A stretch of 32,000 nt of DNA from Erysipelotrichaceae bacterium MTC7 (GTDB lineage Bacteria; Bacillota_I; Bacilli_A; Erysipelotrichales; Erysipelotrichaceae): positions 1-32,000 of the forward strand of contig LVZN01000009.1 of the NCBI GenBank assembly GCA_001695645.1, written 5' to 3'. The notes below the pieces were generated by a model. That model searched no databases. It worked only from the letters and a program-made list of their open reading frames with translations, and was not told the DNA's origin. Each line of letters starts with the position of its first letter. Position 1 is the stretch's first letter. The translations under genes and the position numbers were made by a program. Shown piece after piece: positions 7,913 through 17,999 of this stretch.

Positions 7913-9100
7913 ATGATACTTTATGCAAAACGAATTGTTACACCAAAAGGTGTAATCGAAGGATACATTCATATAAAAGACGGAAAAATTGTTGATATAA
8001 CAGATACATGTGATGAAGAATTTATTGACTATCGCGATCAAATTTTGATGCCTGGATATATTGATATTCATACACATGGTTGGGCAACTGGTTCGTACTG
8101 GATGGAAAAAACTGCGAAATCCATTTGGGACATGCAACGACATTTACCTAAATGTGGAGTTACTTCATTTTTAGCAACAACGGGAACGGATTCCATTGAT
8201 GAAACGTTTAGATATATTGAAGCTGCAAATGAAGCGTATGCAAACCAACATGAAGGTGCTGAACTGTTAGGTATTCATATGGAAGGTCCATTTATTTCTA
8301 AGGAATTTAAAGGTCTTCAAAAAGAAGAACACTGTTTAACCCCAGATGTGAAATTGATGGAGCAATTTTACAACGCACAAACAAATAAAGAAATGATTAA
8401 GTTGATGACGCTGGCACCTGAGTTAGATCATGCCAAAGAACTGATTCAATTCAATTGTGCGCATGGCATTCAAAACTCCATTGGTCATAGTGGAGCAACT
8501 TTTGAGGACATTAAGACTTTAAAGAATGATGGACTTGGTGGTGTCACACATATGTTTAGTGGTATGCGAGGGTTTCATCACCGTGAACTTGGAGTTGCTG
8601 GTTCTGCATTATATTTCAATGATTTAATGTGTGAATTTGCAAAACAATCCGGTATGACGGTAAAACACGAAGCATTTGATATTGTTTATCGTCTTAAAGG
8701 TGACAATGGCGTATATCTAACAACCGATTGCCAAGGACTAGCAAAAACACAAACACCGTTTCATCACTACATTCGTAAAGAGACATTTGAGCCGGATGGA
8801 GATATGTTGAAAATTACAAGTGATGATGGAAATGTTCGCATCATTGATCCAAATGACTATGAAGCTGTTAAAGACATTGAAATTGGTTATGATACATCGG
8901 TAAGAAATATGTTGAAACATACACCAATGAACTTAGTTTCTCTAAGCAAACTAACAAGTCTAAATCCAGCGACATACATTCACATGGATGATGTCAAAGG
9001 TTCCATTGAAATACACAAAGATGCAGACATTATTGTATTAGATGATGAATATCATATAATTGAAACATACTGTAAAGGAAACGCATCAATCAATCTATAA
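7913..9100 (+). CDS. NagA-like amidohydrolase (N-acetylhexosamine-6-phosphate deacetylase family)
   Basis: Motifs seen: DIHTHG (metal HxH), HMEGPFIS, SIGHSGAT, THMFSGMRGFHHRE and a C-terminal DADIIVLD. I chose ATG 7913, 8 nt after AAAGGAAG; the track start is GTG 7904. Confidence 0.8.
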   Translation: MILYAKRIVTPKGVIEGYIHIKDGKIVDITDTCDEEFIDYRDQILMPGYIDIHTHGWATGSYWMEKTAKSIWDMQRHLPKCGVTSFLATTGTDSIDETFRYIEAANEAYANQHEGAELLGIHMEGPFISKEFKGLQKEEHCLTPDVKLMEQFYNAQTNKEMIKLMTLAPELDHAKELIQFNCAHGIQNSIGHSGATFEDIKTLKNDGLGGVTHMFSGMRGFHHRELGVAGSALYFNDLMCEFAKQSGMTVKHEAFDIVYRLKGDNGVYLTTDCQGLAKTQTPFHHYIRKETFEPDGDMLKITSDDGNVRIIDPNDYEAVKDIEIGYDTSVRNMLKHTPMNLVSLSKLTSLNPATYIHMDDVKGSIEIHKDADIIVLDDEYHIIETYCKGNASINL

Positions 9101-9110
9101 TAAAGCAGTC

Positions 9111-9870
9111 ATATCCTTCGAGGTATGATTGTTTTTTATGTATGACAAGCAAATCTATGATAGGCTTAAGGTATGAATGGGAGAACTGTATGATAGAAGG
9201 ACTAACAAAGAAAAAACTCATCATTCAAGATGAAAATGTAGATATTTATTTATACAAGCCAAAACACGTGGAACCAAATAAAGTGTATCCAATTGTTTGG
9301 GTGTTGGATGGTAATAGTATGTTTACCAATTTAGGCCAAATGTTTCGCGATCCATTACTACAAGAAATGTATGTTGTAGGTATCAGTCCAAGTAATAGAG
9401 ATGCACAATATACACCTTGGGATGTAAGTGAACTACATGACATATATGAAAACTTTACGGGTTTAGCTGATACGTATACAAAGGAACTACTAGAGGTGCT
9501 TCCACCATTTTTGCAAGCCAACGATATTCCCAAAGGTCCAACCTATTTAGCTGGATTCTCACTTGCTGGCTTGTTTGCGACGTATTCGCTATATCAAACG
9601 AAATATTTTGCAGGAGTAGCAAGTTTGTCTGGTTCCTTTTGGTATCCAAACTGGATAACCTTTACCAAAGAACATGCGGTTCTGAATACTGACGCAAAAC
9701 TGTATTTCTCTTGCGGCACTCGAGAATGGATGGAAACCAGTGGAGAGAAATTATTCACGCTAGATTTAACCAAAGAAACAATGACTACATTACCAAATGA
9801 ATCGACAGAACTTTATGTAGATCAAGGTGGTCATACACAGTATCTAACAAAACGTTGGCTACATGCATTT
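9111..9870 (+). repeat. Direct repeat copy 1 (decayed terminator hairpin + leader + esterase gene)
   Basis: Collinear with 16301..17060 at a constant offset of 7190 nt. I counted about 40 mismatches over about 740 nt by hand (roughly 94% identity). Similarity fades near the 3' ends of the genes. Confidence 0.9.
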
Positions 9871-9894
9871 CAGTGGGTGTTAAGCAAAACATAA
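9190..9894 (+). CDS. Alpha/beta-hydrolase esterase (PF00756-like 'putative esterase'/IroE-Fes-like family), cytoplasmic
   Basis: YPIVWVLDGNSMF, the nucleophile elbow GFSLAG and a C-terminal DQGGH. Start 9190 follows GGGAGAA. The upstream in-frame extension from 9142 is interrupted by TAG in the paralogous copy, so it is not conserved as coding. Confidence 0.8.
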   Translation: MIEGLTKKKLIIQDENVDIYLYKPKHVEPNKVYPIVWVLDGNSMFTNLGQMFRDPLLQEMYVVGISPSNRDAQYTPWDVSELHDIYENFTGLADTYTKELLEVLPPFLQANDIPKGPTYLAGFSLAGLFATYSLYQTKYFAGVASLSGSFWYPNWITFTKEHAVLNTDAKLYFSCGTREWMETSGEKLFTLDLTKETMTTLPNESTELYVDQGGHTQYLTKRWLHAFQWVLSKT

Positions 9895-9903
9895 TACGTA
9901 ACC

Positions 9904-9937
9904 AAAAACAGATGTGCATTCGATACATCTGTTTTTT
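9904..9937 (+). terminator. Rho-independent terminator
   Basis: AAAAACAGATGT-gcattcga-TACATCTGTTTTTT lies 10 nt after the esterase stop. Confidence 0.8.
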
Positions 9938-10020
9938 CGTTCGTATCCATTGTGTGATCCATGCTTTTCTATGTTAAGATGAAACAAACAGGTATAACAT
10001 AAAAAAAGGAGATGATGATA

Positions 10021-11169
10021 ATGAAAGATGTTTACCAACCCTTATTCGAACCACTTACACTTATTAATGGTGTAACGTTAAGAAATCGTTTTGTAATGTG
10101 TCCAATGTTAGTGTTTTGTGCAAATCAAGATGGTACGCCTTCGCCTTATGATGTAGCATATTTTAAACGTCGTGCACATGTTGGAGAATTGCTGATTACT
10201 GGAGCTACTACACCACAGACAGGTATTACATGTGCTGTTGGACAATTGCAACTCGATGATGATCAAAAAATTGATGCATTTAAAGATTTAGCGCAAGCGA
10301 TGAAAAGTGAAGGTAGTAAAGCAATCCTCCAAATTCAGCACCCTGGTAGACAAGCAACAGTTGGTTACCAGGAAACGGGTGTTGCCTATGCACCAAGCAA
10401 AATGGATTTTCCATTTTTGGACTATCCGGTTACGGAATTAAGTGATGCACAAATTCGTGATATTATTGCAGCTTTTGCACAAACTACAAGACGTGCAATG
10501 GAAGCAGGTTTTGATGGTGTAGAAATTCATGGAGCCAATCATTATTTAATTCAACAATTCTTTTCAGCTTATTCAAATCATCGCGAGGATGATTGGGGAG
10601 GTTCGCTTGAAAAAAGAATGAACTTTGCTAAAGAAATTACGAAAGCGGTACTTGCTGTAGCAAAAGAAAAAGCAGGATTTATTGTTGGGTATCGTTTTTC
10701 CCCGGAAGAAGTACATGGAAAAAATATTGGATATACTGTTGATGATACTGTAAAGCTCATTAATGAAATTGCAGATTTAGGAGTTGATTATATTCACTCT
10801 TCTACATTTGGGAATGGGTTTGTGGAAGGCAAAGCCTATGCCATGACTACCCAAGTACAAGAACCAAAAGTTGTAGTAAATAAAATACTCCATGATGCAT
10901 TGGGTGGAAAAGTTCCTTACATTGTATCTGGATCAATTTCTGATGGTGAGGATGCACTTGATGCTCTACACTATGGAGAGTTAGCTGGAATGGGTGTTGC
11001 TGCTATTGCAGATCCTGATATGGCAAACAAGCTTAAGGAAGGAAATGAAGATACTATCAACATGAACATTGTTGGTAGAGTAGAGGATCTAGCAATACCG
11101 CCAATCCTTATTGATATATACAAAGCAGGAGTTCCTTTACCACCAATCCAAGGTATCGAAGAACTATAA
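10021..11169 (+). CDS. NADH:flavin oxidoreductase, Old Yellow Enzyme family
   Basis: CPMLVF, LQIQHPGRQ, GVEIHGANHYLIQQFFSAYSNHREDDWGGSLEKR and GYRFSPEE are motifs of a TIM-barrel OYE. I chose ATG 10021, about 10 nt after AAAGGAG. Confidence 0.85.
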   Translation: MKDVYQPLFEPLTLINGVTLRNRFVMCPMLVFCANQDGTPSPYDVAYFKRRAHVGELLITGATTPQTGITCAVGQLQLDDDQKIDAFKDLAQAMKSEGSKAILQIQHPGRQATVGYQETGVAYAPSKMDFPFLDYPVTELSDAQIRDIIAAFAQTTRRAMEAGFDGVEIHGANHYLIQQFFSAYSNHREDDWGGSLEKRMNFAKEITKAVLAVAKEKAGFIVGYRFSPEEVHGKNIGYTVDDTVKLINEIADLGVDYIHSSTFGNGFVEGKAYAMTTQVQEPKVVVNKILHDALGGKVPYIVSGSISDGEDALDALHYGELAGMGVAAIADPDMANKLKEGNEDTINMNIVGRVEDLAIPPILIDIYKAGVPLPPIQGIEEL

Positions 11170-11182
11170 TTGAATCAGAACT

Positions 11183-11216
11183 AAAAGAACTTGCAAAGGA
11201 AATTGCAAGTTCTTTT
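11183..11216. terminator. Rho-independent terminator (A/T-flanked, bidirectional form)
   Basis: AAAAGAACTTGCAA-aggaa-TTGCAAGTTCTTTT is a perfect 14-bp stem. Confidence 0.85.
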
Positions 11217-11295
11217 GAATTTCTATCTTTTGTGTGTATTTTGGAATATACAATATGCTTAGTGAATGACATAAACAAAATAGGAATGCTTCTAT

Positions 11296-12000
11296 TTATT
11301 GTAATTCCTTAAATTGTTTAGGAGTCAAACCAATAATTTTCTTGAATGAACTTGAAAAGTGCGCTGTACTTGAAAAATGTAATATCTCAGATATTTCCTT
11401 AAGACTATATGGAGTAGAAGTAATTAGCTTTTTCGCTTCTTCTATTTTGAGATTTTGCATATAATCAATAGGCGTTTTTTTAAGTTCTTTTTTGAATATT
11501 TTAGAGAAATATTTCTGATCAAGTTTTACATGTTCACTAACATCCTTTACGTTGATGTTGTTATAGATATTCGCATGAATAAATTTCAATGATTTTCGTA
11601 TATGAAAACTAAAACTATCAATAGAGGTTTGTGCAACTTGATTTCTAAATGTATCAATGATTTCGTTCAACGCGAGTTGTATGCTGTTTGAATTTTCACA
11701 TTCTTCAATCCTATTTATGTAGAAGTCACTCAACGAAAAACTTTTTTCGACAGGGACACCCAAATCAATAGCAGCTCTACAAAATAAAGTAATAAAAGAA
11801 ATCATTGAGTTTTTCATTGCGCGAATTGTATCAGGACCTAGAACTTCTTTATAGGTCGTTAAATCTACCGTTAAATTTGAAAAAGAAGCTTCACCTTTTA
11901 GTACTTTGTATAAATTGTTGCGTTCAAATTCATAGGCATGGTGCTTATAATCGAATAAAAAAGATGAAATTGAAGCTTCAATGATTTTGTTTGTTTCCAT
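11296..12000 (-). CDS. AraC-family transcriptional regulator
   Basis: 234 aa. The C-terminal double HTH reads VKDVSEHVKLDQKYFSKIFKKELKKTPIDY...LKEISEILHFSSTAHFSSSFKKIIGLTPKQF. It is divergent from the GH1/PTS operon. Confidence 0.85.
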   Translation of the reverse strand: METNKIIEASISSFLFDYKHHAYEFERNNLYKVLKGEASFSNLTVDLTTYKEVLGPDTIRAMKNSMISFITLFCRAAIDLGVPVEKSFSLSDFYINRIEECENSNSIQLALNEIIDTFRNQVAQTSIDSFSFHIRKSLKFIHANIYNNINVKDVSEHVKLDQKYFSKIFKKELKKTPIDYMQNLKIEEAKKLITSTPYSLKEISEILHFSSTAHFSSSFKKIIGLTPKQFKELQ

Positions 12001-12012
12001 AAGACTCCTTTC

Positions 12013-12026
12013 TGTAAACGTTTACA
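12013..12026. promoter_or_regulatory. Catabolite-responsive element (cre), CcpA-type
   Basis: TGTAAACGTTTACA is a perfect palindrome matching TGWNANCGNTNWCA at every constrained position. It lies 13 nt upstream of the AraC start codon, next to its RBS. Confidence 0.7.
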
Positions 12027-12138
12027 ACATAGACACATAAATATAAAGAAAGTGATGTATGTATAACAATCATAACAAACTCGTTGTTACAATGCAATTA
12101 GCAGTAAAGATACTGCATATTTGTACAAATAGAATTAA

Positions 12139-13551
<1,413 letters not shown>

Positions 13552-13558
13552 TAGACTT

Positions 13559-14005
13559 ATGGATATTTTAAACAATCAAACAGTATTTCTTAATGTAGAA
13601 GGAAGTACAAAAGAAGCAATTCTTCAAGCAGTAACACAACAACTTGAAACATCTGGATACGTTAAGAATGCCAAACATGCATATAACGACATTATGAAAC
13701 GAGAAGCTGAAATATCAACAGGATTTGTTAGTGGTATCGCAATACCACATACGCAAAGTGAAGCTGTTGAAAAAACATCCATTAGCATAATCAAACCAGT
13801 CAATTCACTATCTTGGGAAACGATGGATGATAGTGATGTCGATCTTATATTTCTTATATGTGTTCCATTAAATGGATTAGATGAACATTTAAAGATACTA
13901 GCATCGCTAGCGGAGATGTTGATGGACGAAGACGTTATTGATGCATTACATCAAATAGAAAATGAAGATGAAATCGTAGACTATATAAGGAGGAAATTGA
14001 AATGA
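13559..14005 (+). CDS. PTS EIIA component, fructose/mannitol (EIIA-Fru/Ntr) type
   Basis: GIAIPHTQS is the active-site His. I chose ATG 13559, 10 nt after AGGTGGAG; the track start at 13496 overlaps the GH1 gene. Confidence 0.85.
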   Translation: MDILNNQTVFLNVEGSTKEAILQAVTQQLETSGYVKNAKHAYNDIMKREAEISTGFVSGIAIPHTQSEAVEKTSISIIKPVNSLSWETMDDSDVDLIFLICVPLNGLDEHLKILASLAEMLMDEDVIDALHQIENEDEIVDYIRRKLK

Positions 14006-14316
14006 AAATTGTTGCAGTAGCTGCGTGTCCAGCTGGCTTAATGCATACCTTTATGGCAGCAAAAGCACTGAAAAAGATGGCACAAAAAAACAAAAGTGAA
14101 ATACTGGTTGAAACGCAATCCGCATCAGGAATTGAAAATCAATTAACTGATAAAGATGTTTCTGAAGCAGATGGTGTAATTTTAGCGATTGATACAGCAA
14201 TTGAAGGAATGGATCGTTTTAAAGATAAAGTGGTTGTTCAAACGAATACAACAAAAGTTCTAAAGAATGCACAAGATATTTATAACGAGTTAGAAAATTT
14301 AATAGGAGAGAAATAA
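14002..14316 (+). CDS. PTS EIIB component, fructose type
   Basis: MKIVAVAACPAGLMHTFMAA contains the catalytic Cys in a CPxGxxHT motif. It shares an ATGA overlap with the EIIA gene. Confidence 0.9.
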   Translation: MKIVAVAACPAGLMHTFMAAKALKKMAQKNKSEILVETQSASGIENQLTDKDVSEADGVILAIDTAIEGMDRFKDKVVVQTNTTKVLKNAQDIYNELENLIGEK

Positions 14317-14317
14317 T

Positions 14318-15358
14318 ATGGAGAAGTTTAAAAAAGTTCTGAATGAAATGAAAGGGTATATTGTCACAGGGATTGGTTATGTACTTCCTGTAATCATTGT
14401 TGGTGGAATTTGTATGGCGTTTGCAACGTTTTTACCAGAAGGTGAACTAAAGACAATATTTGCATCAATTTCTGATTTTGGACTAAAGAAATATGATATA
14501 TTCTTGATTATGTTTATTGCACATACGATGGTTCCTAAAGTTTCCTTAGCACCAGCATTCTTTGTTGGGTTATATGCAAACTCAATGGAGCTAGGAATAT
14601 TTGGGGCGCTTATTGTTGGTCTCCTTGTGGGATACATGTGTAGATTCTTAAGTAATGTAAAACTTAAGGAAAGTGGAAAAGCATTATTTTCTATGGTAGT
14701 AATACCAATCTTTGTATCCATTGCTGGTGTCTTTGTGGTTCATTATCTATTGCATGCACCAGTAGTGTATTTCACTAAATCACTTACTGCATTGTTACAA
14801 GGCATGGCTGGATCTAATGCTGTTTTACTTGGTGTCGTTCTAGGTTGTATGATTGGATTTGATTTAGGTGGTCCAGTGAATAAAGTAGCAGGTTTATTTG
14901 CTCTATCAATGGTTACAGAAGGAATTCGTTGGCCGATGACGTTAGCTTGTGCTGCTTATATGTTACCTTCATTAGGTGCTGGTCTTGCAACTTTATTGGA
15001 CCGCAAAAAGCGTTACTTTGACAAAGACGAACAAATTGCTGGTAAATCTGCATTTATAATGGGATTCTTATTATTATCAGAACCAGCAATTCCATTTATG
15101 TTAGCAGATCCTGCATTTATGATCCCTGTAAATATGCTAATGTCTGCAATTCTTTGTGGAGGATATGCATTTTTCCAAATTACATCTACTGTTGCATTAG
15201 GGCCAATCTTTTCATTTGGTGTAACCAATCATCCATTTATCGGATTACTTCTATTGCTTGCATGTACAATAGGTCTTGCTTTACTTATTTTGTTACGTAG
15301 AAAAACACTATTAGCAAAGGGTGAATTGGAAATTATTGATGATGAGGTTTTAGCTTAA
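14318..15358 (+). CDS. PTS EIIC component, fructose family
   Basis: 346-aa polytopic membrane protein with the GFDLGGPVNK motif. It starts 1 nt after the EIIB stop. Confidence 0.9.
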   Translation: MEKFKKVLNEMKGYIVTGIGYVLPVIIVGGICMAFATFLPEGELKTIFASISDFGLKKYDIFLIMFIAHTMVPKVSLAPAFFVGLYANSMELGIFGALIVGLLVGYMCRFLSNVKLKESGKALFSMVVIPIFVSIAGVFVVHYLLHAPVVYFTKSLTALLQGMAGSNAVLLGVVLGCMIGFDLGGPVNKVAGLFALSMVTEGIRWPMTLACAAYMLPSLGAGLATLLDRKKRYFDKDEQIAGKSAFIMGFLLLSEPAIPFMLADPAFMIPVNMLMSAILCGGYAFFQITSTVALGPIFSFGVTNHPFIGLLLLLACTIGLALLILLRRKTLLAKGELEIIDDEVLA

Positions 15359-16275
15359 TGGATATCGTATGTTGTTTTGATTTGGGTGGAACTACAATTA
15401 ATTGTGCGCAATTCGATCTTGCAGGAACAATCCAAGAATTTGAAACACTTCCATCAAAAAACGATAAAGAATACATCCTAGATACAATCAACACGTATCT
15501 AAATCAAGTAGTACAATCTCACAAGTTAGTAGGGATTGGGCTATCTGTTCCAGGAATGGTTGATGTTGAGCGTGGTGTTGTTAATGGATTTAGTGCATTA
15601 CAAAATTTGCACGAATTTAACTATATTTCTTATTTTCATGAGTTATACAATGTTCCTGTCGTAATAGAGAATGATGCAAATGCTGCATTACTTGGAGAGT
15701 ATTACAATGGACATGCAAAAGATAAGGATAATGCAATACTAATATCAGTAGGAACAGGTATTGGTGGTGCACTTATGGAAAGTAAGAACTTGGTTAGAGG
15801 TAGAAAAAACTTAGCTGGTGAATTTGGGTTTATGCTACAACATCAAAAAGAGAACACCTATGTGTCTCTTAACGAATTGACTTCCTTAGCTTTACTAGTT
15901 AAGCGAATTAATCAGGAGGACTATATTACTATTACAAGTGCAAAAGAAGCTTTTGATCTTGCGGAAAGTGGTGATGGAGATATAAAGAAAATCATTGATG
16001 ATTTTTATCGAAATCTTGCTGTTGGAATTTACAATTTAAATTTTTCCTTTGACCCAGATGTAATTCTTTTGTCTGGTGCAATCAGTGAGAGATCTAATTT
16101 TGATCAACAACTACAGAACCATGTAAATCAATTAATCGATGAGAGTGTTGAACGTTTTTTAGGAAAACATGTAGACTCAAAATGGCTATACCCTATAATT
16201 AAAGCATGTAAGAACGGAAACAAAAGTAATGTTATTGGGATGTATAGTAAAGTAAAAACTGAGCTAAAATTATAA
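15358..16275 (+). CDS. ROK-family sugar kinase (no HTH domain; lacks the Cys-rich zinc motif)
   Basis: CCFDLGGTTI is the phosphate-1 motif, with ENDANAALLGE and VGTGIGGAL also present. The region after AGEFGF has no CxCGxxGCxE. It overlaps the EIIC stop by 1 nt (TAATG). Confidence 0.8.
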   Translation: MDIVCCFDLGGTTINCAQFDLAGTIQEFETLPSKNDKEYILDTINTYLNQVVQSHKLVGIGLSVPGMVDVERGVVNGFSALQNLHEFNYISYFHELYNVPVVIENDANAALLGEYYNGHAKDKDNAILISVGTGIGGALMESKNLVRGRKNLAGEFGFMLQHQKENTYVSLNELTSLALLVKRINQEDYITITSAKEAFDLAESGDGDIKKIIDDFYRNLAVGIYNLNFSFDPDVILLSGAISERSNFDQQLQNHVNQLIDESVERFLGKHVDSKWLYPIIKACKNGNKSNVIGMYSKVKTELKL

Positions 16276-16298
16276 ATGCGAATAATTAACACCCAAAT

Positions 16299-16327
16299 AA
16301 TCATCCTTCAGGGGATGATTGTTTTTT
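16299..16327 (+). terminator. Rho-independent terminator of the GH1/PTS/ROK operon
   Basis: AATCATCC-ttcagg-GGATGATT-GTTTTTT. This hairpin is also the first element of direct-repeat copy 2. Confidence 0.8.
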
Positions 16328-17060
16328 ATGTATGACAAGCAAATCTATGATAGGCTTAAGGTAGGAATGGGAGAAGTGTATGATACAAGGACTAACTAAG
16401 AAAAAACTCATGATTCAAGATGAGAATGTAGATATTTATATGTACAAGCCAAAACACGTGGAACCAAATAAAGTGTATCCAATTGTTTGGGTGTTGGATG
16501 GTAATAGTATGTTTACCAATTTAGGGCAAATGTTTCGTGATCCATTACTACAAGAAATGTATGTTGTAGGTATCAGTCCAAGTAATAGAGATGCACAATA
16601 TACACCTTGGGATGTAAGTGAACTACATGATATATATGAAAACTTTACGGGTTTTGCAGATACGTATATAAAGGAACTACTAGAGGTGCTTCCACTATTT
16701 TTGCAAGCCAACGATATTCCAAAAGGTCCAACCTATTTAGCTGGATTCTCACTTGCTGGTTTGTTTGCGACTTATTCGCTATATCAAACAGATTATTTTG
16801 CAGGAGTTGCAAGTTTGTCTGGTTCCTTTTGGTATCCAAGCTGGATACCCTTTACCAAAGAACATGCAGTTATGAATACTGATGCAAAACTGTATTTCTC
16901 TTGCGGCACTCGAGAATGGATGGAAACCAGTGGAGAGAAATTATTCACGCTAGACTTAACTAACGAAACAATGGCCGCAATACCTAATGAATCGAAGGAA
17001 CTTTATGTAGATCAAGGTGGGCATACACAATATCTAATGAAACGTTGGTTACAAGTAATG
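16301..17060 (+). repeat. Direct repeat copy 2 (intact terminator hairpin + leader + esterase gene)
   Basis: See copy 1. In the 70-nt leader (16321..16379 versus 9131..9189) I found only 2 mismatches. Confidence 0.9.
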
Positions 17061-17102
17061 AATTGGGTTAATAAGGAAAATGAAAAAAACTTGGTTGTAT
17101 AG
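16380..17102 (+). CDS. Alpha/beta-hydrolase esterase, paralogue of 9190..9894
   Basis: 240 aa and near-identical to the first copy over about 225 aa, with a divergent C-terminal tail. It has the same GFSLAG and DQGGH motifs. Confidence 0.8.
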   Translation: MIQGLTKKKLMIQDENVDIYMYKPKHVEPNKVYPIVWVLDGNSMFTNLGQMFRDPLLQEMYVVGISPSNRDAQYTPWDVSELHDIYENFTGFADTYIKELLEVLPLFLQANDIPKGPTYLAGFSLAGLFATYSLYQTDYFAGVASLSGSFWYPSWIPFTKEHAVMNTDAKLYFSCGTREWMETSGEKLFTLDLTNETMAAIPNESKELYVDQGGHTQYLMKRWLQVMNWVNKENEKNLVV

Positions 17103-17113
17103 CCAAGTTTTTT
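17083..17113. terminator. Bidirectional rho-independent terminator (esterase 2 / GntR gene)
   Basis: AAAAAAACTTGG-ttgtatag-CCAAGTTTTTT overlaps the esterase stop codon and lies 23 nt from the convergent GntR stop. Confidence 0.8.
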
Positions 17114-17135
17114 CTATGATTATGTAATTTACATT

Positions 17136-17852
17136 TTAGGATTCAAGTTTGACTGTGAATTTGTAGATATCTCCCTTGGAAACTAATGAGGAATAACATA
17201 CGATTTTATCATTGCTGAAAGAAGTACGTTGTACCAGCAGTCCATATTGAGGTTGCTTACAAAGAAGCATTTTGCATTCATACTCATTGAGTTCACATGC
17301 TTGAAAGGTCTCGATTGCGCGATTGATTTGAATGTTGTAAGTCTCGTCCAACGTTTGATATAGCGGTTGATTGTCTAAATCGATTTCAATTACGAATTTA
17401 TACTCCATCGGAAAGAATGTCTTTTCAATAATGATGGGTGTTTGCTCGTCACAACGTAACCGCTCAATATAGATAACTTCATCATGCTCATTGATTCCCA
17501 ATTCTCGAGCAACTTTTTTATTTGCTTGTATAATTTTTTTATCAACAAGAATTGTGTCACTAATCTTTCCTTGTTTTTCCATTTCTTTTGAAAAGGAATA
17601 TACGTTACCAAGGTTTTGAAGAATACTTGTTCCTACAACAAAGGTACCTTTACCTTGTATCTTTTCTAACTTTCCTTGATTTGCAAGTAAGTCTATGGCG
17701 TTGCGTACAGTAATCCTAGACATATCATACATTTTGCACAACTCACGTTCAGAAGGTATGGGTTTTCCTTTTTTCCATTCACCGCTAGATATCTTTTCTT
17801 CAATGATATCTGCCAATCTATAATATAAAGGTTCTCGTTCTTTTTTATTCAT
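17136..17852 (-). CDS. GntR-family regulator, HutC subfamily (UTRA effector domain)
   Basis: PIPSERELCKMYDMSRITVRNAIDLL is a GntR winged HTH. The C-terminal domain of about 150 aa is the size and pattern of UTRA. Confidence 0.85.
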   Translation of the reverse strand: MNKKEREPLYYRLADIIEEKISSGEWKKGKPIPSERELCKMYDMSRITVRNAIDLLANQGKLEKIQGKGTFVVGTSILQNLGNVYSFSKEMEKQGKISDTILVDKKIIQANKKVARELGINEHDEVIYIERLRCDEQTPIIIEKTFFPMEYKFVIEIDLDNQPLYQTLDETYNIQINRAIETFQACELNEYECKMLLCKQPQYGLLVQRTSFSNDKIVCYSSLVSKGDIYKFTVKLES

Positions 17853-17874
17853 AAAAGTTCTCCATCTTAACTTA

Positions 17875-17903
17875 AATATAACTGGTTATAACAACTATGT
17901 CAA
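17875..17903 (-). promoter_or_regulatory. GntR-gene promoter with operator 1 in the spacer
   Basis: The minus strand reads TTGACA (17903..17898), a 17-nt spacer, then TATATT (17880..17875). The spacer is the reverse complement of ACTGGTTATAACAACTA, which matches the perfect dyad at 14 of 16 positions. Confidence 0.65.
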
Positions 17904-17934
17904 TTACATACAAATTGAATAATTTTGAAAAATA

Positions 17935-17963
17935 TTGACTTACTGGTTATAACCAGTTATACT
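17935..17963 (+). promoter_or_regulatory. SIS/Man-PTS operon promoter with operator 2 in the spacer
   Basis: TTGACT (17935..17940), a 17-nt spacer, then TATACT (17958..17963). The spacer is T plus the perfect 16-bp palindrome ACTGGTTATAACCAGT (17942..17957). Confidence 0.7.
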
Positions 17964-17999
17964 GTGGGTGACAAGAGCTCTAGTCATAGTTTTATATTT

